A DNA stretch of 32,000 nucleotides. Source: Clostridia bacterium (lineage in GTDB: Bacteria > Bacillota > Clostridia > TANB77 > CAG-508). Under the pieces are notes generated by a model. The model did no database searches. It saw only the letters and a program-made list of their open reading frames with translations, and was not told the origin of the DNA. Made by a program: the position numbers and the translations under genes. Below, piece by piece: positions 24,378 through 32,000 of the stretch (the first letter of the stretch is position 1; the number at the start of each line of letters is the position of its first letter). The stretch covers positions 108,979 to 140,978 of the forward strand of contig JAFWYK010000004.1 in the NCBI GenBank assembly GCA_017517685.1, written 5' to 3'.

Positions 24378-26195
24378 GTGGATATAGACTATCAAGACAT
24401 TGTAAAATCATACAAAAATAATGCGATAGATACATCTAGTCTAAAAAAAGGATTAGAAGTTGCAAAACCATTAGTTGGTAGAACAAGATATAGAGCAGTT
24501 CGACTTTCTGGCGAAAATGCGCGTTTTTATATGAGATCCCTTGATATTACTAGAACACAAGAAATCTCTCAAAACGTTAATTACATCCAAAGAGAAGTAG
24601 AAAGAGAACTAGAGACTTATTTTGGAAGAATTGTACAATCTATGAAAGATTGTAGAGCATGGAAAATAACAGGGCTAGTTGCTCAAGATTATACTATTGA
24701 AAAATTTAGAGAATTATCTGTTAGTGATAGGTTTAAATTATTAAAAGAATTAAATGTTAAATATACAAGATTTTTGGAAATCCAAAAAATTGCAGATATT
24801 AGAGATTGTATATTTTCATTTAAAAAATTAAGCCAAGATGAAGATAAATTAAAGAAGATTTGTTTCTTAAAACTAATGTTTAAAAGTTTTTCAAATGAAG
24901 ATATAATAAGAGAATTTTATATTTTTGATAAAACATTTTTAAATGCTTTAATTGATTATAAAAGAGATAAAAAAATAAAAGATACTATGGATTCTTTTAT
25001 GGGTAAAAGAAGAAAATCTACATATAGAGATTTTGAAAAATATTCAAAATTCTTTACTCAAGAAGATTTTAGAGAGCTTGCAGAAAATATTACTGTTGCA
25101 GCTAAAACATTAAAGATTCCTAATAGTAGTGTTATAGAAGCATATAGTGAAATGTCTGAAACTGAAGCTGAAATTTCTTATCTTAATTCTGATATTCAAA
25201 TACTTGAAAGTCTTGAACAAAAATATAATTCTATGGAAATTATTAGAATTCAAGATGAAAAGGAAAGAGCAACTAAAGAAAAAGATGAAAGAATAGCTAA
25301 GGAAGAAGAAGAGAGAAAAAGAAAAGCTGAAGAAGAACTTGAAAGACGTAAAAAAGAAGCTCAAGAAAGATTAAAAAGAAAAGAACAATTACAAAGAAAT
25401 AGAGTGCTTGGTAAAAATGAAGGTCAAACGCCATTTATGGATGCTAAGATTAAAGAACTTCAAACTACACCAACAGCAAAAGAACAAGTAAATCCATTAA
25501 TATTTGCTTGGTTTGAAAAAGAGGATATAACTTTAACAAGAAGAGTTGGTAGTAAAAAACTAACAGAATTCTTCGAAAAGATTAAAAGAATAGAAGCTGA
25601 AACTGGTGTTAGAGTAAGTCTTTATTTAATAACAAACAGTGGTAGAGAAGTAACTTTAAAAAGATTAGATGAATTCCAAAAGAAAGCAAAAGCAGCAGGA
25701 TTACCTAGACTTGTAGAAGGTGCCTTAGGTGGATATAGTTCATTTAGAGTAGATGCAGATAAGAGAATAACAGCACTTGCTAAAATGTCTCCAGAAAATA
25801 GAAAGAAAATTACAAGCTTACTTGCAAGAAGTATGTCTTTCCCATTAACAACAGATTTAATAGAAAAAGACGAAGTTGAATATTTAAGATATCAATTTAC
25901 AGATAAAAGAGATAAATCTATTGATAAAAAATATTTGAATTTTACAGTAAATAGACTTTTAGATGATCCAAGAATTAGTAAGCAACCATTAAAATTCTTA
26001 CCATACATAGAAAATAAAAAAGCAGGTATAGATGTTGTTCTAGAATCTCAATTGAAAGGAATATCACAATTACCAGAATACTATAAATCAAAATATCATA
26101 TAGCTCCTGGAAAAACTATGAAAGTTAGCATAGAGGATTTAGATGCTTTCCTAGGAACAAGATCAAAAGAAGATGATAGTAGTGAACATGAATAA
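24378..26195 (+). CDS. Hypothetical protein: unknown N-terminal region, K/E-rich coiled coil, possible degenerate HAD-like C-terminal domain
   Basis: 605 aa with a GTG start 7 nt after AGGAGGG. The centre is a charged repeat-like stretch (EKERATKEKDERIAKEEEERKRKAEEELERRKKEAQERLKRKEQ). The C-terminal part (LIFAWFEKEDITLT...LYLITNSGREV...KFLPYIENKKAGIDVV) loosely resembles a HAD-IIB layout without the DxD nucleophile. That resemblance is a weak call made by eye. Confidence 0.75.
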   Translation: MDIDYQDIVKSYKNNAIDTSSLKKGLEVAKPLVGRTRYRAVRLSGENARFYMRSLDITRTQEISQNVNYIQREVERELETYFGRIVQSMKDCRAWKITGLVAQDYTIEKFRELSVSDRFKLLKELNVKYTRFLEIQKIADIRDCIFSFKKLSQDEDKLKKICFLKLMFKSFSNEDIIREFYIFDKTFLNALIDYKRDKKIKDTMDSFMGKRRKSTYRDFEKYSKFFTQEDFRELAENITVAAKTLKIPNSSVIEAYSEMSETEAEISYLNSDIQILESLEQKYNSMEIIRIQDEKERATKEKDERIAKEEEERKRKAEEELERRKKEAQERLKRKEQLQRNRVLGKNEGQTPFMDAKIKELQTTPTAKEQVNPLIFAWFEKEDITLTRRVGSKKLTEFFEKIKRIEAETGVRVSLYLITNSGREVTLKRLDEFQKKAKAAGLPRLVEGALGGYSSFRVDADKRITALAKMSPENRKKITSLLARSMSFPLTTDLIEKDEVEYLRYQFTDKRDKSIDKKYLNFTVNRLLDDPRISKQPLKFLPYIENKKAGIDVVLESQLKGISQLPEYYKSKYHIAPGKTMKVSIEDLDAFLGTRSKEDDSSEHE

Positions 26196-26236
26196 AACCG
26201 ATTAAACAGTTATGTTTAACCGGTTTTATTTTTTAT
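26195..26236. terminator. Bidirectional terminator between convergent genes
   Basis: AAACCGATTAAAC (26195-26207) pairs with GTTTAACCGGTTT (26214-26226) with one mismatch, followed by TATTTTTT. Confidence 0.75.
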
Positions 26237-26255
26237 ATTAAATTTTTTTATTAGG

Positions 26256-27698
26256 CTATATAATATCTTTTAAAATTCTTGCCATTTGTACACCACTGGC
26301 TGATGCCATGATTAATCCTCTTGTTAATCCGCCACCATCACCAATAGAATATAATCCTTTAATACTTGTTTCAAAGTTATTATCAATAACGATTTCATTT
26401 GAGTAGAATTTAATTTCTGCTGCATATAAAAGATTATCTGGATGTGCAAATCCTGGAACAACTTTATCCATTGTTTTAATAAATTCAAGAATATCAACCA
26501 TTGTTCTATATCCAATAGCATATGTGATATCTCCAGCAACTGCTGTTTTTAATGTTGGAACAACACTGTTTGTTTTTAATTCTTTATCCCATGTACGTTT
26601 GCCATTTAATATATCACCAAGTCTTTGAACTAAAACATTTCCCATTCCTAATTGATTTGCGTTTTCTCCAATATTTACACCATATTTAATTGGTTCTTCA
26701 AATGGATCATTAAAATGGTGTGATGCAAGAATTGCTAAATTAGTATTTGTACTTTTTTTGTTTTTGTAAGAATGTCCATTAACTAAAGTTAAGTCATTAT
26801 CATAAACTTCGTTTGCAACAAATCCACTTGGGTTTTGGCAGAATGTTCTTACTTTATCTTTGTAAGGTGGTAAATATCCAACAAATTTTCCTTCGTAAAG
26901 ATATTCATTTACATCTTTCATAACGCTGTCTGGAAGTTCATATCTAACACCAACATCAACAACCCCAGCTCTATTTTTGATAGAGTGTTTTGAGCACATC
27001 GCAGAAAGCCAATTAGCTCCTTTTCTACCAATACCAAGTACAACTTTATCTGAAGATAATTCACAGATTGTTGATGGATCTGTGGATTGTGATGGTTGAA
27101 TTTTAACTCCAGTAACAGTATTATTTTCAACTATTAAATCAACAACATTTGTCTCAAACATTATTTCAACGTTATTTGCTAATAGATAGTCTTGAATCTT
27201 TTTATAAAGTTCATGACTTTTTTCTGTTCCTAAATGTCTGATTGGGCAGTTAGCTAAAATAATATTATTTGCTGTTGCTCTATCAGAGATTTCTTTTATT
27301 TTATCTAAATTGTCTAATCCTTCAACGTGTGGATCTGCTCCGAATTTTAAATAGATTTCATCTGTGTAGAACATTAGGTCTTTTGTTTTTTCTACACCTA
27401 AATATTTATCTAAAATTCCTCCAACTTCGATTGAATCACTATCTTTATTTGGTAGTGTTAATTTTCCATCTGAGAATGCTCCGGCTCCTGAGAAACCACT
27501 TGTGATATTACAGTATGGTTTGCATTTTACACATTTACCAGCTTTCTCTACAGGACAATATCTTTTATCTACTGATTTTCCTTGTTCTATAAGCAAAACT
27601 TTTTTATCTTTTGTAAGTCCAAGTTCAATAAGTTCGTATGCTGTAAAAACGCCACTAGGGCCAGCTCCGACGATAATTAAATCATATTTTTTATTCAA
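26256..27698 (-). CDS. NAD(P)/FAD-dependent oxidoreductase (COG2509-type uncharacterised FAD-dependent dehydrogenase)
   Basis: 480 aa. It has an N-terminal Rossmann motif DLIIVGAGPSGVFTA, a Cys-rich insert (CPVEKAGKCVKCKPYC) and a C-terminal GDGGGLTRG motif. The start is TTG at 27698, 7 nt after AGGTGAT. Confidence 0.88.
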   Translation of the reverse strand: MNKKYDLIIVGAGPSGVFTAYELIELGLTKDKKVLLIEQGKSVDKRYCPVEKAGKCVKCKPYCNITSGFSGAGAFSDGKLTLPNKDSDSIEVGGILDKYLGVEKTKDLMFYTDEIYLKFGADPHVEGLDNLDKIKEISDRATANNIILANCPIRHLGTEKSHELYKKIQDYLLANNVEIMFETNVVDLIVENNTVTGVKIQPSQSTDPSTICELSSDKVVLGIGRKGANWLSAMCSKHSIKNRAGVVDVGVRYELPDSVMKDVNEYLYEGKFVGYLPPYKDKVRTFCQNPSGFVANEVYDNDLTLVNGHSYKNKKSTNTNLAILASHHFNDPFEEPIKYGVNIGENANQLGMGNVLVQRLGDILNGKRTWDKELKTNSVVPTLKTAVAGDITYAIGYRTMVDILEFIKTMDKVVPGFAHPDNLLYAAEIKFYSNEIVIDNNFETSIKGLYSIGDGGGLTRGLIMASASGVQMARILKDII

Positions 27699-27805
27699 TA
27701 TTAATCACCTCACGATGACTATTATACAACGGAAAAAATATAAATAAAAGAATTGTTTTTTTAGTTTATATAGTGTATAATAAATGTTATAATAAATAAA
27801 AAATT

Positions 27806-27825
27806 AGCTGCACAAAAGTGCAGCT
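27806..27825 (-). terminator. Terminator hairpin 2 downstream of the 166-aa ORF (A/T-flanked, could act in both directions)
   Basis: AGCTGCAC (27806-27813) pairs with GTGCAGCT (27818-27825) across a 4-nt loop, with a T-run on one side and an A-rich run on the other. Confidence 0.6.
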
Positions 27826-27846
27826 TTTTTCATCTAAAAAACAAAA

Positions 27847-27870
27847 CCGATATTTCTTATGAAATACCGG
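27847..27870 (-). terminator. Terminator hairpin 1 downstream of the 166-aa ORF
   Basis: CCGATATTTC (27847-27856) pairs with GAAATACCGG (27861-27870) with one mismatch. On the minus strand it is followed by TTTTGTTTTTT. Confidence 0.65.
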
Positions 27871-27888
27871 CTTTTTTTACATATTCAA

Positions 27889-28389
27889 TTAATTATCTGC
27901 TGGTTCTTGACCGTCTGACTTTTTTAAAATTTTTTGTTTGTATCCTTTATACCATTCCTCAAAATTTGGATCTTTTGGTGATAGTGTTGGTTCAATAATG
28001 CTTAAAAAAGTTGATTCATTATTAGGTGGTACGAAATAATCTATTGAAGAATTAGCTAAAGCTAAATGAATTAATTTTATAAGTGTTACTCCATCAGTTG
28101 TCCATAATTCACCGTTATATTTTTTGAAAAGAGAATTAATGGTGATTATATTATTTGGACCTTGATGCACATCTAATAATTGACCAAGAATAAAATCTAT
28201 TTTAGGTTTGTTCTCTTTAAATGCATTTGCATCAAATAAAACAAGAGGTGAATCTTCTTTATATCCTTGTTTTATTTGCTGAAACTGTGCTGGAATATAT
28301 TGGCTTGAGTTTTCTGTTGCTAAACATTTTTTAAAAAGACTAGTAACAGCTAGATAATTTAAATCTAATGGTTTAAATTCATTATTCAT
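27889..28389 (-). CDS. Hypothetical protein (166 aa), no recognised domain
   Basis: I moved the start to the ATG at 28389, which has the RBS AAGGAGAAAAT. The track's 19 extra N-terminal codons are AT-rich leader. The protein looks soluble, with no TM segment or signal peptide. Confidence 0.7.
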   Translation of the reverse strand: MNNEFKPLDLNYLAVTSLFKKCLATENSSQYIPAQFQQIKQGYKEDSPLVLFDANAFKENKPKIDFILGQLLDVHQGPNNIITINSLFKKYNGELWTTDGVTLIKLIHLALANSSIDYFVPPNNESTFLSIIEPTLSPKDPNFEEWYKGYKQKILKKSDGQEPADN

Positions 28390-28439
28390 AATTTTCTCCT
28401 TAATATAAATTAATATAATTTTACTACAATTTACATAAA

Positions 28440-28486
28440 ATTGCAATATAAAAGTAACAAAAATGTCATTTTATAGTAATTGCAAT
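28440..28486. promoter_or_regulatory. Two copies of the 8-bp palindrome ATTGCAAT in a divergent promoter region (candidate operators)
   Basis: ATTGCAAT occurs at 28440-28447 and at 28479-28486, 39 bp centre to centre, between divergent ORFs. I found no other exact copy in the window by eye. Confidence 0.3.
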
Positions 28487-28540
28487 GTTTTTTGTTTATT
28501 TATAAAATATAATAGATAAAATAGATTGATTGGAGATAAT

Positions 28541-30853
28541 ATGGCTTCAGAAAATTTAGTAAATGATTTGTTTGAAATTATTCAATCAAATACAAAAGAA
28601 AAACTTTCATATGATGATTTTGAAAAAGATTTAGCCAAAAGCATTAATCTTCCAAATGATGAAATAGATAGAGCTTTATCTATTATGCTTTCTCAAGCAG
28701 AAGTTAATCCTAATATTATTGGGGAATCTAAAGGTGGTACATTTGTTATATCACCATCTTTTAGTGCTTCTGTTGTTTCAACAATTAAATATGAAAATCA
28801 ATTTATAGAAGGAAAAGTTGAAAATGCTGAGAGAAATTCAATAAATAATAAGAGTGATATATTGATAGATGCTGCTTTTGCGGCAAATATAATAATTACT
28901 CCTAAATTAATAGATCATATGATACAAAATTATTCAACTCTTTCTAATAATGAAAAAAATCAATTATTAGACAATGTTAGTAATATGTCTGTTAGTCAAA
29001 TTAGAGCTTTAAATGATTCTGTTAATAGAAGCGCAGAGCAATTAGCTAAAAAAGATAGTACAGGAATAGCAAAAAATGTTATTTTATCAGCCCAAAATCA
29101 CGCGACTTCATCAAATAAAAAATTAGATGCTATTGAAAGTGGAAATCCTGAAATTATTGATCAAGAGGTTAGTCAATCTGGAGTTTCGGTAGTTGTTTAT
29201 GAAGCAGAAGATGTATTCACTCAAGAAGAAATGGAAAGATTATCAGAAATTGAAACAGAAGAAATACCAGAAGAACCTACCTTGGATGAAACGGTGGGAG
29301 AGACTTTGCAAGAACAACCTGGAATTCCTAAAGAAGATATAAGTGCAGATGGGGGTTTAAACTTACATCAAAATGGGGCGAAATCTTTTGGTTTTAGTAA
29401 TAAAAGATATGCTAGTCAAGGAGCACATAGAATAAAAGTTTTAAATGATAATCCAAAGTCAACTGCATATAGATTGTTAGTTGAAAGAGCTAGACAAGAA
29501 GGAACTTATGCAACTGCTGATATGTTGTTGGGTGAAATACCAATAGATAATCAAGTTCAGTTAAGGGGGATGACAATTGAAATTTCACCACAAGTTATTG
29601 CAACATTTACTGAAAAAGGAATTAAAATTTTTAATTTTAGTTCAGAAAGAATAGATACTAAACAATTGGTAGATATGCAAAATAAAGTGATAGGGATTGC
29701 TAATAAGTGGGGAACACAAGATGATAAAATTGCGATATTAAAAGAAGGCGCATCGCTAGATGCAGCTTTAGGATTAATAGATGATATAACCGCTAATAGT
29801 TATTTAGAAATTACTAGAGCGTGTACTGAACAAGATTGGGATGCGTTAAGTTATTATATTGGAACAGATAGTAGACTTTTTAAAGCAATTAGTGAAAAAT
29901 TTAAGCTTACATCTATAAGTGATATTAAAATTGGATTAACACAAGGTACAATTAAAGAAGATGAATTATTAGATGTTGCTAGAGGGTTAAGAAAAACAGA
30001 ATATGATAGTGTTCAAAAGGATTTTTTACAAAATGATACGGTTTATCACAAAATGAAAGACAGTATATTTGGATCATTTGTACCATTAGAAAATGAAGGA
30101 AAAAAAGAACAAGATGACAGAACGGCGGATAGATTTGTTTTAGAAATTAAAAAAGCTAAAATGAAAATATTAACTTTAGGAGTAAAAGGAGAGTCAATTA
30201 GGAAAGCATTAGAAACATATAAAGAAATGTTAGAAAGTGCTGGAGAAATGATTATAGATGGTGATTTTGAAAGCGATGAGGAATTAATAGATTTTTTAAA
30301 TAGAGAATCAGAAGAAAAAGAATTAACGGAGGAAGAGAAAAAAGTATTAAAAGTGCTAACACAAATAAAATATTCTGAAGATATGTCTATGTTTATAGCA
30401 ACTGATTCAGAAAAAATATTTGGAGAATTGGATAAACAATTTGTAGGAAAGGGTAAAATTTCAGATAAATATATAGATGGTTTAGTTTCACAACAAGGTG
30501 TAGATATAGTTACAAGTGCTATAACAAGTATGTCAAGATTAGGCGATGAAGTACAAAATAAAGAAACTAATGAGAAGATAGATAAATATGGATATTCTAA
30601 ATTAGGTTATAAAAAAAATGTAGTTGAAATGGAACAAAATAGTGAAATGTCAAATCATGATGATAAAAAAGCGTTTTTTGCAGGAAGCAAAAGTATTATA
30701 AAATCAGTTAGAATGGGACAAGTTGAAGAATCTACATTAGAACTAAGAGATATAGGAAGATTAGTAGAAAAATATAAAGAAGAAAAAGGTAGTTCCGTGT
30801 TAACAGAACAAGATGACGAATCAAGATCAGATGATGATGAACCAATACAATAA
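28541..30853 (+). CDS. Large acidic hypothetical protein (770 aa), no recognised domain
   Basis: ATG at 28541 lies 5 nt after GGAGA. The track's TTG at 28526 has no RBS. The frame is long, with normal codon texture and many D/E-rich segments. I saw no Walker, nuclease or peptidase motif and no TM segment. Confidence 0.8.
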   Translation: MASENLVNDLFEIIQSNTKEKLSYDDFEKDLAKSINLPNDEIDRALSIMLSQAEVNPNIIGESKGGTFVISPSFSASVVSTIKYENQFIEGKVENAERNSINNKSDILIDAAFAANIIITPKLIDHMIQNYSTLSNNEKNQLLDNVSNMSVSQIRALNDSVNRSAEQLAKKDSTGIAKNVILSAQNHATSSNKKLDAIESGNPEIIDQEVSQSGVSVVVYEAEDVFTQEEMERLSEIETEEIPEEPTLDETVGETLQEQPGIPKEDISADGGLNLHQNGAKSFGFSNKRYASQGAHRIKVLNDNPKSTAYRLLVERARQEGTYATADMLLGEIPIDNQVQLRGMTIEISPQVIATFTEKGIKIFNFSSERIDTKQLVDMQNKVIGIANKWGTQDDKIAILKEGASLDAALGLIDDITANSYLEITRACTEQDWDALSYYIGTDSRLFKAISEKFKLTSISDIKIGLTQGTIKEDELLDVARGLRKTEYDSVQKDFLQNDTVYHKMKDSIFGSFVPLENEGKKEQDDRTADRFVLEIKKAKMKILTLGVKGESIRKALETYKEMLESAGEMIIDGDFESDEELIDFLNRESEEKELTEEEKKVLKVLTQIKYSEDMSMFIATDSEKIFGELDKQFVGKGKISDKYIDGLVSQQGVDIVTSAITSMSRLGDEVQNKETNEKIDKYGYSKLGYKKNVVEMEQNSEMSNHDDKKAFFAGSKSIIKSVRMGQVEESTLELRDIGRLVEKYKEEKGSSVLTEQDDESRSDDDEPIQ

Positions 30854-30862
30854 TAAAATGCT

Positions 30863-30893
30863 AAAAGACATTCAGAAATGAATGTCTTTTTTT
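30863..30893 (+). terminator. Rho-independent terminator
   Basis: AAAAGACATTC (30863-30873) pairs with GAATGTCTTTT (30880-30890) across a 6-nt loop. The T-run continues to 30893. Confidence 0.85.
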
Positions 30894-30996
30894 GTATGTA
30901 TTAATGTATCATTTATGTTAAATTTTCTTAAATTACTTGCAGTTTTGACTAATTAAATATAAAATGAGCATATAGTAAAAAGGGGAGGTAGGTTTT

Positions 30997-31638
30997 ATGA
31001 GTGAAAATGAATTAAATAATAATGACGAAAAACTTGAAAACGCAATCCCTGACAATGATTATACTATGGAAGTAAAACAAGGTTTTTTCGCTAAATTATT
31101 TAACAGAGAATCTAAAAAAGCTTTACCAGATCCAAATAGAAAAGTAAAAACAACAGGTTTAAGTATAGATTTTATTTGGAAAATGAGAACATTACGTGCT
31201 GACGCTATGGAATGGATGGAAAATAGAATGGATGATTTAAAGAATCTATTCTCTGGCGGAAATAAAGAAGAATCAGCTAGTAAAAATTCATTTAAGAAAC
31301 AAGTTATTGGACAAGAGGAAGAAATTAGCTTAGAAGACTTAGCAGAAAAAGGTCCAGTAAATCAAATAATAATGCCACAAGTTAGACAACAAAACTTAGG
31401 AAATGCTGAGAGAACAACTCTTGTAGACAATGCAAAATCTGCAGAAGATGTTAGAAAAGAAGCCGAAGAATCTGGAATGGAAGTTGCAGATTTAGAACTT
31501 GATGGAAGCTTTGAGAAAACTAAAGAAGAAGAGACTAAGAAACCAGAAGAAAAACCAAAGACTGGTATTGAAGTTGGTGATATAGAACTAGGACAAGGAC
31601 GTACAACAACAGATCCTGAAAAAGAGGATGGACGTTAA
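30997..31638 (+). CDS. Acidic hypothetical protein (213 aa)
   Basis: RBS AAAGGGGAGG lies upstream of the ATG. The composition is rich in E, K and D. I see no TM segment and no recognised domain. Confidence 0.7.
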   Translation: MSENELNNNDEKLENAIPDNDYTMEVKQGFFAKLFNRESKKALPDPNRKVKTTGLSIDFIWKMRTLRADAMEWMENRMDDLKNLFSGGNKEESASKNSFKKQVIGQEEEISLEDLAEKGPVNQIIMPQVRQQNLGNAERTTLVDNAKSAEDVRKEAEESGMEVADLELDGSFEKTKEEETKKPEEKPKTGIEVGDIELGQGRTTTDPEKEDGR

Positions 31639-31679
31639 TAAACAAATGAGGATTCATTAGAAAGGAAACTAAAGCATAT

Positions 31680-32000
31680 ATGGCAGTAGTAGTTAAACCA
31701 GAGCAAGCTTATGCATATGCTGAGATTTTAGAAATCTTAGATTATATGGAAGAAGAATATGTAAGCAAAGTGCCTAAAAAACTTATAAAAGTTATAACAG
31801 ATAATGCTTCTGATACATATGAAAGACATTTAGATGCAAATGTACCACTTGAAGAACAACAAATATCAGAAAAAACAACAGCATTACTTGCTATGCTTAT
31901 GCTTAATTATTGGTGTGAATCTCCAGAGCAAAAACAAGAATTAACAGATATGTTTAATGAAAATGAGAGAAAATACCAAGAAGAATTACAAAGAAAATAC
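31680..32000 (+). CDS. Hypothetical protein, 5' part only (runs off the window)
   Basis: Not in the ORF track because it has no stop. ATG at 31680 follows GAAAGGAA. I translated 107 codons by hand with no stop (MAVVVKPEQAYAYAEILEILDYMEEEYVSKVPKKL...LNYWCESPEQKQEL...). It sits 41 nt after the previous stop, so it is probably co-transcribed. Confidence 0.6.
   Translation, partial: MAVVVKPEQAYAYAEILEILDYMEEEYVSKVPKKLIKVITDNASDTYERHLDANVPLEEQQISEKTTALLAMLMLNYWCESPEQKQELTDMFNENERKYQEELQRKY

Noticed and set aside
24377-24385. A single DnaA-box-like 9-mer, TGTGGATAT, overlapping the GTG start of the 605-aa ORF. Other two-mismatch boxes lie inside genes at about 7721, 27072 and 27339.
   Set aside because: These are isolated one- or two-mismatch boxes, which are expected by chance in AT-rich DNA. 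They show no clustering or fixed geometry.

Overview
This window is the chromosomal replication-origin neighbourhood of a very low-GC, Bacillota-type genome using the standard genetic code. On the minus strand at the left are the 5' end of a probable rsmG, then mnmG and mnmE, followed by the jag-yidC-yidD-rnpA-rpmH operon. A two-part oriC (clusters of DnaA boxes) flanks dnaA. The plus strand then carries dnaA, dnaN, a small membrane-protein ORF, recF, a DUF370/RemB-like ORF and gyrB. The usually adjacent gyrB and gyrA are separated here by about 3.2 kb. This insert has about 1.6 kb with no ORF of 60 aa or more, including a 1.1 kb tract of roughly 13% G+C. It also has DnaA-box motifs, a 19-nt exact copy of a sequence from the dnaA-dnaN origin region, and one orphan gene for an HExxH (zinc-metallopeptidase-like) protein. 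That gene has a consensus promoter and its own terminator. Downstream lie gyrA, a YkgJ-type Cys-cluster protein, a convergent DnaD-domain protein plus DnaI/DnaC-type helicase loader, a DUF1858 protein and pcrA. The window ends with a block of proteins I cannot assign to any family (605, 166, 770 and 213 aa, plus a partial ORF), interrupted by a COG2509-type FAD-dependent oxidoreductase. I saw no rRNA, tRNA, CRISPR array, transposase or integrase. My best candidate for something undescribed is the gyrB/gyrA-splitting insert together with a 34-bp palindromic element, TTTTCCAC-N16-GTGGAAAA. This element occurs three times: after dnaN, inside recF and in the insert. It points to an extra DnaA-titrating or origin-regulatory locus, not to a protein system. 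The orphan block at 24.4-32 kb is the second candidate, but I recognise no catalytic motifs there. All homology calls come from reading the translations by eye; no searches were run.
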